Assembly (NCBI RefSeq): GCF_006345805.1
Contig: NC_043014.1
Coordinates: forward strand, 34,782,001 to 34,846,000
Direction of reading: 5' to 3'
DNA length: 64,000 nt
DNA from: Octopus sinensis
Taxonomy: Eukaryota
Part shown: piece after piece, positions 11,409 to 23,628 of the stretch
How positions within the stretch are numbered: the stretch's first letter is position 1
Layout of the letters: each line of letters begins with the position of its first letter
Translations under genes and position numbers: made by a program
The notes under the pieces: model-generated
Databases searched by the model: none
Told to the model about the DNA's origin: nothing
The model's input: the letters and a program-made list of their open reading frames with translations, nothing else

Positions 11409-14400
11409 AGCGCATTGGTTATAATAGACAAACGGAAGAAGAAAATTCTTCTCAAGCTTAGATGTTTGGAACTTATCTAAGAATAATAATTCGAGTCTTT
11501 TGGTAACTTTTTGATTGTGTGTTTGTGTGTACGCATGTATAAAGTGGCGGTAGTGGGGAAAACATTAGAGGAAAGACATGTTTGTGATACTATACAACAA
11601 CAAACATTATGCAGACACGGATAAAGGGATATGAAAAAAAAAATGTAAATTGTAGGCGCATGCACGATTATGCAATGTCGGGCGTTAAAACAGTGTTGAT
11701 GAAGATGATGAGGGGGAGGATGATCTTATCTAATGCTTTTAAAAGTTCATCCTATAACGAAGCAGCTGGGTTGGAAATACTTTCACCATTGGATGTGTAT
11801 TGAAAATTTTTTTCAAAAATCAACCAAAAGAGAAAAAAAAACAATCCCGATTAAAATATCTTATAGAAAGATATATATGCAGATACTAACTCTAATTCAG
11901 TACTACTCTACCTTTTTTTTTTTTTCTCTTTTTTTAAAAAATTTTTATATATACACACAAAGATCACCCACCCATGAAAGTCTGGGTGCTGTGTAGCAGA
12001 GCTGAACCAACAAAATCAACTGGGTCGACCATATTAAAAAAAAAAAAAAGGTAACATGGTTATAAAGTCTCGTTGAACGAAACCTGATCGGGCAGAGGCT
12101 CGCAACACCAACTCCCTGGCCAGGCTAGTAAGGTGATGATGATTGCGGGGGCACTAGCGTTTTTAAACATAAGAAAAACCCCCTAATATTACATATTTCT
12201 TTATTACCCACAAGGGGCTAAACACAGAGGGGACAAACAAGGACAGACATAGGTATTAAGTCGATTACATCGACCCCAGTGCGTAACTGGTACTTAATTT
12301 ATCGACCCCGAAAGGATGAAAGGCAAAGTCGACCTCGGCGGAACCGACAATAAAAAACTATTAGAATGGCTGATTAAACGTGGAGTGGGAGATGTAGAAA
12401 AAAATAAACATACAATGGTTAATAAAGGGGAGATAAGAAAATAAATATTACTGAAGAGGGAAGAGAAACAATTGCTTTCCGTGTAGGAATGGGGAAAGAA
12501 GACTCCTTGATTAAATAAAAATAAAAAAACACACAGTGAAAGTAGGAATATTCTTGTATATATGTGTGTGTACACAAAACACACATATATCTTTGGGAAT
12601 GTATATTATACAACCATGATTTATTTCCACTCTTCTTTTACTTTAGAAAATCAGTACTTACTGACTTCTATGGGGAAATTAAGGCATTCATGCCTCTTCT
12701 CATATCTATTAAGTCGACATTTTAAATGAAGTGGAAATTTTAAAACCTTGGGCTTGGAATCGAAACCGAATAGCCAACTCAGTTCACTAAGAACAAGATC
12801 ACCATGGCGCCTATACATACATATATATATATTTATATATATATGTATGTATGTATATATATATATATGTGTGTGTGTGTGCATACATACACACAAGTTA
12901 TAAGACAAAGAACGATAAACAATGAACATTTTTTACTCATTGTATTTTAAAATATTTTTTAGTTGAAAGTGGGAGAAAAATAGATTGATCAGTTACACGT
13001 TTTTGGCTGTAGTAAGCAGTCCTATACACATAACATATATGCAAATAATAATCGCGTTAGTAAGGGGGGGGGAGATATGAGGAGGGACATCATACACTCC
13101 TAAGCTACTGTTCATTGTTATTACACCAACGTATACATACATATATACACACACACACGACAGAGAAAAGTGGGGAATAAATAGTGAACATGGCCGATAT
13201 TCTAGTAGTTACTTCCATCCCGGGTCTGAGTTCGAATCTGTTAAGTGGGGTTGCGGGTACTTTTCATGAAAATAACTACCATACAAATTCGACCCGACTA
13301 TAATAAATTCACCCTCTTCCCTTCAGAAAATTAGCAGTTTATCTATCCCATACACTTGCATGCGAATATAAGCCCATACATTTATCATGGTTTCTAAAGC
13401 AAATGTTTACACAGACACACACACACACACACACACTTCCGATGAGTCGAGATTTTTACATTAAAAATTATGAAATTCTTTCACCGATACACATACAAAA
13501 ATGGTCCATCCAATCGCTTTATATTAACTTCTTCATGTTTGTTTGCTCGCCAGGAAGCAGTGTGGTTTTCATACACAAAGACATCATTAGCAAAAGGGTC
13601 GGTGTAGAAGATGGGTCTCATATAATATATATATATATATATATCTTAGATAGATAAGCACCAACATTAAGTTGACTAGTCACACCCTGTGATTTTCGAA
13701 ATAAATATAGTTGGATTAAAATAAACAAAAAACAAGTTTACTGTACAATAAAGTACACATTCAAAGGTTTTTGAAAATTGTGATTGATATCGACTCAAAA
13801 GTGTATATAATACATCCAAATCAATATATTATATATATATACATATATATGTTAGAAGTATTGGGGGTGATGTACAAATTTAATACATATGAAAGAAAAC
13901 TACTGTAGCTTCATCAGAAACTACAGGAGTAGTTGAAAGCGCTAATATGAAGTAATATGATATGTAAATAAATATATATTTTTACAACCATCCAGCATTC
14001 TGAACACCTTTTTTCTTTCATATATATATATAGCCTATACATATATTATATAAAGTATTTGTTTACATGTATACGTGTGCGTTCATTAGCGATAGTGTGT
14101 TAATATACTATTTTAAATGACTTAAAATATCGTATGTATCAAATCTAAAAACAATCGTATGGTGTATATATATATATATATCTAATACAATAATTATGGT
14201 TTCGAAAGACCTCTATATCGAATGAACAGAGAAACTGAGCATAAGTGTCCCCATATATATAGAGAGAGGGAGAGAGAATCATAATCTAACGAGGGAGCTT
14301 TTATGTGGTCGCTCGACCCACTAGAAGTATTAGCCAAATCTCCCTCAAATCCCATCCTTACTGTCTTTAGGACACATTGGCATATGTAATCTTAGATATA

Positions 14401-14678
14401 TTATCTAAATAAAATACGAAATGGTCATACTTGGAACGCCTTTGGTCATTGCTGACCTGGAGGCAAAATAATAACAATAACACACACAGCAATTCTTTAT
14501 ACATACATGGATGCTTACACAAATAAATTACATATACATACACACATACATGTCTGTGTATGTATGTATATGTATGCATGTTCAGTTCTATTTTACCGTT
14601 TCTTTATTTTTGCTGGAGTTAATAATATGATCAACATGACTCCTGTAACTATTATCATTATTTCTGTAATAAACTTAC

Positions 14679-15162
14679 CAGTTTTTCGTCGACGAAGGGT
14701 GACGTAAGGGAGGAGGTCCTGTCGGCCTGTGATTGCAAGAGCATGCAGGATCTTGCCGAAGTTCGTACCGTCAACCATACCTGCCCTTTCTAAAGCCATG
14801 AAGTAGTCGTAGCCATCGTTCACCTTTTTCATCAAAGATCTCTGATCGATTTCGTTCGTCACTTTTGGTCTGGAAGAAGAGCTTTGTGGAGGAGATGAAA
14901 TGTTTTTAGCTTCCGTCGCATGAGAACGAACCGTTCTACTACCGCTGGCCGTGTTGTTGTTACAAACACTAGCATCCGAGGGGCTTTTTGAGTCTTTTCC
15001 TAAGTTTGAAGAGACATCGGAGAGTCCGTTTTTGGTGAGGCACACTACTTCTTTCGGGGTCAGCCTATCTCCGACAAGATGGAACATTTCATTAAGAGAG
15101 AGCATCTGTTGACAGTTCTCCACCTTAGATTGTCGAAGAGCTTTTTCACCATCAACCGCCAT
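14679..15162 (-). CDS. DEDD: Coding exon (probably the first) of a DEDD/DEDD2-family death effector domain protein
   Basis: Translation MAVDGEK...MLSLNEMFHLVGDRLTPKEV...VNDGYDYFMALERAGMVDGTNFGKILHALAITGRQDLLPYVTLRRRKT aligns by eye with vertebrate DEDD (SLHRMFDIVGTHLTHRDV...NGRDFLLALERQGRCDESNFRQVLQLLRIITRHDLLPYVTLKRRR). The RxDL motif and basic NLS are present. ATG context aaaATGG at 15162; donor ACT G|GTAAGT at 14678. Downstream exons were not identified. Confidence 0.88.
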
Positions 15163-15299
15163 TTTGAGCCTGTCACACAAATTTCTGCACCTTTGAATGT
15201 TTTCCTGTATGTTGATAATCTTTCTTTATCCTTCGTGACCCCCTATCATTGGAAGGACTCCATAGCTGTGATATTAATCATTTGTAGCTTAATTTAATG

Positions 15300-15420
15300 C
15301 ACATACGTAACTGAATTGAAGTCTTAGATCTAAATCTTAAACACTATTTTACTCTTACTAACTGATCCCGCCCCACTCTCTAATTCCCCTACCACTCTCA
15401 CGTATCGTTCCCTTGTGCGT
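15300..15420 (-). promoter_or_regulatory. Candidate proximal promoter of the DEDD-like gene
   Basis: GC box GGGGCGGG (15367-15374, minus) and several CpGs about 200 bp upstream of the ATG, in otherwise CpG-poor DNA. Confidence 0.35.
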
Positions 15421-16934
15421 TATTTAATTCTTATTCCGGAATAATAGTTGGCTTTCAGAATAAAGGTTTCGGTATATTAAATAGAGAAGCTGCAAGACTG
15501 AATATCGGAATGAGAGAATAAAAGAAGCATAACCACATACTTGTTCGTGAATATAGACAGAATGTAATACTGACATTCAACAAGAAACAATTAAGAAAAT
15601 CCGTTTGTAGTGAAAGTATAGGAAAATAAATTAAAAACGACTGTATTACAGTTGTATGGTAAGGAAGATCTAAGGGGCAACAAAATATTATCAAGTATAT
15701 GTATGTGTATGTGATAGTTAATATAATAGTAAAACAACTGGAAAGACGATAAACAAAATGAGTTTAAATGTATTTATAGTTGAATTATGTGATGTAACAT
15801 TATTTTAGAGTGCAATTAGTGACTATATTAATTTGTTTTAGTCATCACAACTAAACCCATGCTGGCATGTGCGGATACTATTTCAAAATTGAGGCATAAA
15901 AAATCTTTTTATTAATTTTTTTACATCAGTTTGTGTTTGTATACATCTACATATATCCGTACATCCATCCATATATAAACGCGCGCGCGTTCAGGCACAA
16001 AGAGTGGGAGAAGCATTGCTCTCTCTATTGATGGTTTAGAGCACTGAACCAGATTCACCACAAAGTACACTATTTTTTCCTCCCATCGGCTTCCACTATG
16101 TTACTTCATCAACCCATGGATAACTACAGCCTTCCTGTCAATGTACAGAATTTGTCATATTTTATGATTATTAGCTGTGAATGTTAGTTTCTTTTGCTCT
16201 CAGCACTAAACTAGTGTCATTGTCTTAGTAATGGATTCCCTCAGTTACCTTTGTTGTTCCTAAATAAACACTGTACTTATATTTGAGTCTGAGTCCAGTG
16301 ATATGTAGCTATAATATTGAGAGTCAAACCACAAGTCAAATGCAGGTCTTCTTTTCAGAGCCTCTGATACCTGATTAGAAGAAGGAAGAAAGTTATCCTC
16401 AGATCAAAATCATGAACCAAATATTTAAACAGTGAATTCTATTGAAAGCACAATCAACCAGGATGTGATATTAAACCAGGTTGCTTTTTACATGCTTCCA
16501 TGCCAGTTTCTACCAAGCAAATTTCACTCACAAGACTTTGGTCAAGTCTATGGTAGAGGACATTTTCTAAAGGTGTCATGCAGTGGGATTGAAACCAAAA
16601 CCATGTAGATGTGAAATAAACTTATTAACCACTCAACTCTCCCTGCTCTCATCTGTACTGCATCTTAAACAGTTGACATTGAGATGCTGGTAGCAGTTAC
16701 CTCTTTTATGGAGATCATACTACACAGCTGTGATTACATCCCAAAAGTTAAAAAACTACTTCTTGATTATAAAAGTACTCCACCTTTGAACAATTGCTGA
16801 CTTTATTTAATTATTTATATATCTATCTTTTCTAACAGTTAAGATGGAAAGAAACTGGTGTGCATATATTCTTCACACACTCCATAGCACCCGCTCTCCT
16901 GAGACCAAGAGATTAATGCAGTTAATGATCTCCA

Positions 16935-17336
16935 TAAATCTTTAGCATTCACATTACTCTGTCAGATGTAATGCTCATTTATCCCCGTTGTTTTGAATTA
17001 ATCATGCATTACCTCGTAGCTTTGAGATTTCAATGATGTAAAAGCACCCACTACACTCTCGGAGTGGTTGGCGTTAGGAAGGGCATCCAGCTGTAGAAAC
17101 TCTGCCAGATCAAGATTGAAGCCTGGTGCAGCCATCTGGTTCGCCAGCCCTCAGTCATACGTCCAACCCATGCTAGCATGGAAAGCGGACATTAAACGAT
17201 GATGATGATGATGTAATTGTATATATTTTAATGATATTGTAGGCTAGGTGTAAGAGGCCTCAACTGGATGGTTTTAACATAAAACACGGAAGAATATTTG
17301 TGCTGGATGTGGCTGGTTTAAATTCTAAAGGATTAA
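16935..17336. mobile_element. Degenerate piggyBac-type MITE interrupted by an RTE tail with TSD ATGATGTAA
   Basis: Ends TCTTTAGCATT / AATTCTAAAGGA-TTAA; TSD at 17033-17041 and 17208-17216. Confidence 0.65.
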
Positions 17337-17664
17337 GCACACACTTTAAGTCAATGATTGGATGAAAAACATTGGTAGAGAAGAAATTCCAGGGTGTGGA
17401 GGGTAAAGATAGGCCAAAGTAGCTAGAGTGGAGTTAGAGAGAGCAATATAGGTGACAAGAGAAAAAGAGGCCAATGTGTCAGCTGTTTTATGGTGGTGTA
17501 CAGCCAGCTAATTCCAAGAAGTAGGTGTCATTATACATGCAGTAGGCAAATTAGAGTAAGGACACTCTGCATCTATGGGTTAAAGTTTGAATTGGTGAGT
17601 GATCCAGTGTCTATCAGTAAAATGTTTTTTTATTGGTTGTTATGATTTGGGATGTTCATAGGTT

Positions 17665-18078
17665 AAAGCGAAATCGATCAACATCAATGGAAATTGCAGC
17701 TGTGATACCAGTGCCAGTGGTACGTAACAGAACCATCCGAATGTGGCCGTTGCCAGCACTGCCCCGACTGGCCTTGTTCCGGTGGCACGTATAAAGCACC
17801 ATCTGATTGTGGCCGTTGCCAGCCTCGCCTGGCCCCCGTAAAAAGTACCATCCGATTGTGGCCGTTTGCCAGCCTCGTCTGGCACCTGTGCCGGTGGCAC
17901 GTAAAAAGCACCCACTACACTCACGGAGTGGTTGGCGTTAGGAAGGGCATCCAGCCGTAGAAACATTGCCAGATCAGACTGGGCCTGGTACAGCCTTCTG
18001 GCTTCCCAGACCCCAGTTGAACCATCCAACCCATGCTAGCATGGAAAGCGGATGCTAAACAAAGATGATGATGATGAT
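17665..18078 (+). mobile_element. RTE 3' UTR copy; other copies or tails at ~2590-2735, 7720-7870, 17041-17215, 43960-44105, 46885-47420, 48650-49160, 55730-55870, 56095-56225
   Basis: Shared GGAAGGGCATCCAGCTGTAGAAAC...CCAACCCATGCYAGCATGG...(GAT)n. Confidence 0.8.
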
Positions 18079-18851
18079 AGGTGTAATAGCAGCAACACTA
18101 TCCTAGAAGTAAGAGCAGCTTTGTATAGAGTTAATACCTGTGAGAAGTCTAAGTATTTTCTGGCCAAAAAGAAGGATAGTTCTGGGGGTCACAATTTTTT
18201 TGTTGTTGTGAGTGCAAAATAGGAGAGATCACCAGGATTGGTGAGATTGTATGAGAGATCATTAGTGATTGTGAGATTGCTAGGAGAGAAATCGTTTGTA
18301 ATTGTGAGATTTTTAGGGGAGATCACCAATGAGGCTGAGTGTTTTAAAATGGACACGATCAGAAGGAAAAAGAAAGAGAGGTAGACCAAAAACATAGTAT
18401 AGAATATTCAGAACTGACATGAGAAAGGCCAATATTGCATGTGTGGATGTAGAGAAAAACTACAGCCAACAGAAGCCTATGGCATCAACATGCTACCTAA
18501 TATGCTCAAGAGCACAGGAGGAACTGATACTGATAGCTGCCTTAACAGTGAACTCTTTAAAATTAGAGCAGTGTTCTTATATCTGAGATACTACAGGTGG
18601 ATCTCAAAAAAAAAAGTGTTAAACTGTATGTCATTAGGGCATCAGATTAAACACTCTGGGGATATATGTTCCAGCTCTCTGCATTCTGAGTTCAATTTCT
18701 GCCAAGGTCAGGTTTGCCGTTCATCTTTTCAGTGCTGGTAAATAAGGGACCAATCCAGGTGTTGGGTTGGCAGAACTGTTTGAGACAAAATAGCCTTGCT
18801 GTAGTAATTCTGGTTCTATGTGTTCTAAGTTCAAAATCCCACCTGATTCTA

Positions 18852-19439
18852 GGGCAACTGATAAAAGGACAACTCATACCTGGACAATTGATATCTAGGA
18901 CAACTGATATATAGGACTACTCATAAATGGTATGAAGTGATAAAGATTGAATTTTTAAAGAGATTTTGTGTGTGTATGTGTGTGTTTATGTCTGTGCGAG
19001 GTGTGTGTGTATGTGCGTGTGCATGTTTGTGGGTGGTGTATGTGCGTATGGTGTGTATTTGTGTGTGATGTATATGTGTGTGTGTGTGTGCGTGTGCTCG
19101 TGTGTGTGGTCTGTGTGTTTGTGGTGTGTAGGGTGTATTTGTGTGTGTGCATTTGTGCATGTGGTGTGTATGTGCAAGTGTGTGGTGTGTGTATGTATAT
19201 GTTTGTGCATGTGCGTATGGTGTGTGCGGTTATTATATTCTTAATTTTTTTTGCAAAATTAAATCTTTATCACTTTATACCTGGTAGAAGTTGTCCTAGA
19301 CATCAGTTGTCCTAGATATCAGTTGTCCTAGACATCAGTTGTCCTAGATATCAGTTGTCCTAGATATCAGTTGACCTAGACATCAGTTGTCCTAGATATC
19401 ATTTGTTCTAGATGTCAATTGTCCTGGTATCAGTTGCCC
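18852..19439. mobile_element. TA-flanked MITE with subterminal 16-bp tandem repeats and an internal (GT)-rich tract
   Basis: TIR GGGCAACTGATA/TATCAGTTGCCC; unit ATCAGTTGTCCTAGAY about 9 times on the right and about 4 degenerate inverted copies on the left. Confidence 0.8.
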
Positions 19440-19892
19440 TATCATGATCTCACATTGACCATCATTATAACGAAGTAACCTCTTCTGAGTGGGCTAAAAA
19501 AAACAAGAAAAACAAGAAAATTGCAGCAAAGCTACATGATGGTGGTGTCACATGTGCCATGCAGACCATCATATATCTTGTTTTATTCTTCTCTTCCATT
19601 TTATTTTGACATGGGCATTGCATTTTTATTCTTCTCTTCTGTTTTATGATTTCATGCACATTACATATTCATACTTCTCTTTCTAGTTCCTACTCAAAAT
19701 GTTTTACAGATCACAACCGTCTCGCAAACCTGCATTTGTGAGGAGCTCTTTATACTGTACTTTGATGGTTGTGAAAAAAAACCCCACCAAATACAAAAGA
19801 GTTGATGCACTTATTGAGTAGAGACAAACTAAGGATGTGAAATGCTTAATAGATAACTTTAATGGTTAGGATGGAGGTGAAGGAAGAGGCAA

Positions 19893-19957
19893 ATGATGAT
19901 GATGATGATAGTGGTGGTGATGTTGATGATGAGGAGGAAAAGGAGGAGGACGATGAC

Positions 19958-19990
<33 letters not shown>

Positions 19991-20186
19991 GGTGGTGATG
20001 ATGGTGGCGGCGGTGGTGGTGGTGATGATGGTGGTGGTGGTGGTGGTGGTAGTGATGATGATGTGATGATGATGATGATGATGATGGTGGTGATGGTGGT
20101 GGTGGTGGTGGTGGTGGTGGTGGTGGTGGTGATGATGATGATGATGATGATGATGGTGGTCGTGGTGGTCGTGATGATGATGATAG

Positions 20187-20218
<32 letters not shown>

Positions 20219-20305
20219 GTGATGGTGGTGGTGGTGGTGGTGGTGATGGTGGTGGTGGTGGTGGTGATGATGATAGTGATGATGATGATGATGATGATGA
20301 TGATC
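19893..20305. repeat. Compound (GAT)n/(GGT)n/(GAG)n microsatellite
   Basis: Direct reading of the sequence; it explains the poly-M/V/D/G ORFs. Confidence 0.97.
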
Positions 20306-20959
20306 TCATCCAACAGATAAGCAATCTTTTAGTTACTAATATGCTGGAAGCAGTAACCCACATATGTATTTCCTTTTCCTTCTATTTCTTCTTCTATGTG
20401 GTCTTCACATCTCTAAAATTGCAAACCCGGAAAACCACTTTGCTTCGCACCTATCACTCTGGCTGTGTCTCACTCCACAAACCTTGTAGCAAACAAACAT
20501 TTCTTCAGCCCTTCCTCTCAAACATGTAATTTTAATTCCCTCCCTCTTTATATTTTTACATCTACATATCAGCCACAGCAACCTCATTAGGCTCAAAGGA
20601 GGATGTGCGAGATTTTTGAAAGTAATAGTCTGTTCCTACAACTTAAAAAAAGAGATCAAAAAGATAGAATGAACCTCAAGGGGTTGGCTGATTTTATCTT
20701 CAATGAAATGCTTTGAAATAACTATCCAGGTAATTCAGTGCTGGCTATATACACAGTATTTCCTGGGTTGACAGTTTCTGTTCACTCACCTGAACTTAGT
20801 ATCCTAATTCAAGTCCAAATGCATACATGATGTCTAGATGAGGGCACACACACACTCTCTCTCTTCTCTCTCTATCTCTATCTCTATCTATCTATCTATC
20901 TAACTCATTTAGCTGAGAACTGGATAACGATTTCAGCAACAAAAGAGAATGTTAAAATG

Positions 20960-21412
20960 TGTAGTGACACTACTGTGTAAGTTTCAGCGCACATGCGCAG
21001 AATTGGATTACTTCCGGTTGGCCACCAGAAGTTTTCCTCATGCGCATGTGCAGGAACTGGAACCTAAAAGCCTGACCGCTGAATCGGCCTTTCTGGCATG
21101 AGCAGCGCTAGCAGTCGGACGTGGCTTGACTTTCTCTCAGGGAACATCCCTACACTCAGAGAACCTCACCCCAACGAACACCGAATCATCTTGACTCACA
21201 CGAGAGAACATTGTAACCAGTCCTGTGGATTCGGCTGCCGGTTTCCCCACAATAAATACGTGTACATGTTTTACCTGTAAACCACAGAATAAACCACCAC
21301 TTACTGTTATCAAAGACAGCCTGACTTTGTCTCCGTTTCTTCAACTTGAATTGAATGTGACAGGATCAGACCAGACACCCCTCCAGTGTTCCTGAATTCT
21401 CATCCTGTTACA
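20960..21412 (+). mobile_element. Solo LTR (453 bp) with 4-bp TSD
   Basis: TGTA...TACA termini, AATG repeated at 20956-20959 and 21413-21416, internal AATAAA at 21251 and ~21288; its start TGTAGTGAC matches the LTR end at 51879. Confidence 0.85.
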
Positions 21413-22041
21413 AATGAGTTTGTAGAATGATTTGTACAACAAACTTGCAGTAAATGCATCATGTTATATTTGTGACATACTAATGCTTTGAATTTCACAA
21501 ATTAGTTGCTTGGTTTAGTCAACAATCATGAGACAACAATCAAACTTGCATAAACATTTTTACCTTTATCAATACATATCAATCCAATCTGCTCATGTCT
21601 GTTGGTAATGTAGGTAACATTATCAACAAGCCTGTCATAAACTTTTGGCTGGATTAATGATACAATCACTGTTCAGCTTTTGACTTAGACCAGTGCTATT
21701 CTTATTTCTTTATTGCCCACAAGGAGCTAAACATAGAGGGGACAAACAAGGACAGACAAAGGGATTAAGTCGATTACATCAACCCCAGTGTGTAACTGGT
21801 ACTTAATTTATCGACCCCGAATGGATGAAAAGCAAAGTCGACCTCGGCAGAATTTGAACTCAGAACGTAGCGGCAGACAAAATACCAACAAGCATTTTGC
21901 CTGGCATGCTAACGATTCTGCCAGCTCGCCGCCCTTTGCTATTCTGATGAGTGCCACTCTTCAAAAGAGCTATGATGTAGCATGGAAGAGGAAGTATCAA
22001 CTGGAATTGTTGATAATTGTTGAGCATCCAGAACAGTTTAA

Positions 22042-22262
22042 CCCTTTCATTACCAACCTGGCTGAAACTGGCTCTGGCTCTGAAGTACAAATGTCTTATT
22101 TTCATAAATTTTAAATTAAAATCTTCCACCAAACCTTAGTCGCAATTTATGTTCCTAATACAAGCTGAATGATAACTAAGTTATTTTACTAAATTCTTTG
22201 TTATATTTAAAGTAATTGAAAGAAACACAGAGCATCTCAAAATAAATACAGTAACGAAAGGG
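22042..22262. mobile_element. piggyBac-type MITE
   Basis: TTAA|CCCTTTCATTAC...GTAACGAAAGGG|TTAA. Confidence 0.85.
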
Positions 22263-23482
22263 TTAAGTGGTGGGATCACTTAACAGAGTATATCTGGTAA
22301 CAGTCATGATAGCAGTAGACAAAACAAACATGGACAAAAGTAGGCTACAAAATTATTCCTTCAGATACAGCTTTAATAACAATCCAGATATCATTATACA
22401 GAAAAGTGACCAGCTAAACAAATATACTTCCAAGTGGCAGAGCGGTGGCCAAACTTAGACAGAAACTACTATGCACTCATTATCCCACCTTTTACCAAGA
22501 GCTATGTTATCTGGCCTTTTCAAAATCAACAATTTCCCACATTGATGCTAAACTTTCCAACTTGCATGTATATTATCTTCTCTATATTACACTGATACAA
22601 ATATATACAGACACACAGTTATGCTACATGCAACAATCGCCAGAGACAATGACTTAATGCCACAGCTATTATAATGTATTACTGAGATGTACTTGCATAG
22701 CAAGTGACCTGATCTGAGATCGTGTGCTAAAACGAAAACAATTGCAGCGTGGGAGGTGATTATAAGCCATTTAAGAAACACACAAAAACCGCTAGATTCA
22801 CTTCAACATTTAAATTTAATTTGTCAAAATATTTCCGTAGCTTTGAGACCGCGACCTGTTCACTGTCTTGTATTATAATGTGGCTTTAGAATTACACTAC
22901 CATCATTACCTTTCGACAGGTTGCAAGAAGACTACTTTCTACAGACTCAGTTGTATGTAAGCATGCATTCTGCAGATTAACTTACAGTCAGCACACACAT
23001 CATGCAAACTCACAAGCATTTTATACATACACATCATGTTCTTCATATATAAAAATATTTGTCTGTCTGTCTATCTATCTATCTGTCTGTCTGTCTGCCT
23101 GTCTATCTATCTACCAGGGCTTTATTCTCAATCAACACAGCAGCTATGGGCTGGAAGAAGCCATGTGGCAGGCCCTGCACCAGATGGCTGGACATGATTG
23201 GAGAAGATCTCCAGAGGCACAACATCACCTTGGAGGTATATATATATTTGTATTTATGTGCTATCTGTGTATATTCCACTGATGAGGCAAAGCATTTCTT
23301 ATGCAGAGCCAGAAATCTGGGATCTGGAATTATCCAGTAATTTTTTTCTAGTTTATTTTGTCTTTTTGTTTTCTCACCTGTATGAACATTTAATGTGGTT
23401 TTAGGGTCATGTTTTGGCTGCTATTTCCAGCATGGTGGTATCTCTTAGATACCATAAATTATAATTATATATATATGTATAT

Positions 23483-23514
<32 letters not shown>

Positions 23515-23628
23515 CAGCCTTGGCCAAAAGTATTAGGCCACCCCAATGTTATGGGGCTCTGCTGTCTCAATGTTAATGAAACTCGAGCACATGGTGGATT
23601 ATGGTATATTTCATAATATACATTAGTT

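Noticed and set aside
12660-12810. Minus frame RHGDLVLSELSWLFGFDSKPKVLKFP... with AG and GTAAGT borders, as a possible DEDD exon 2
   Set aside because: It is open only in phase 2, whereas the DED exon ends in phase 1. It has no DEDD similarity, and its 5' part resembles a decayed tRNA-SINE head (GGCGCCATGG...GGTTTCGATTCC).
13470-13625. Open minus frame MRPIFYTDPFANDVFVYENHTASWRANKHEE...
   Set aside because: The acceptor is poor (GAG next to (TA)n), no homology was recognised, and frames this long can occur by chance.
19846-20363. Long ORFs with poly-I/T/P/M/V/D/G/H (also YI/HT/CV ORFs at 10150-10451, 18955-19315, 26826-27236, 56886-58294)
   Set aside because: They are translations of stop-free microsatellites.
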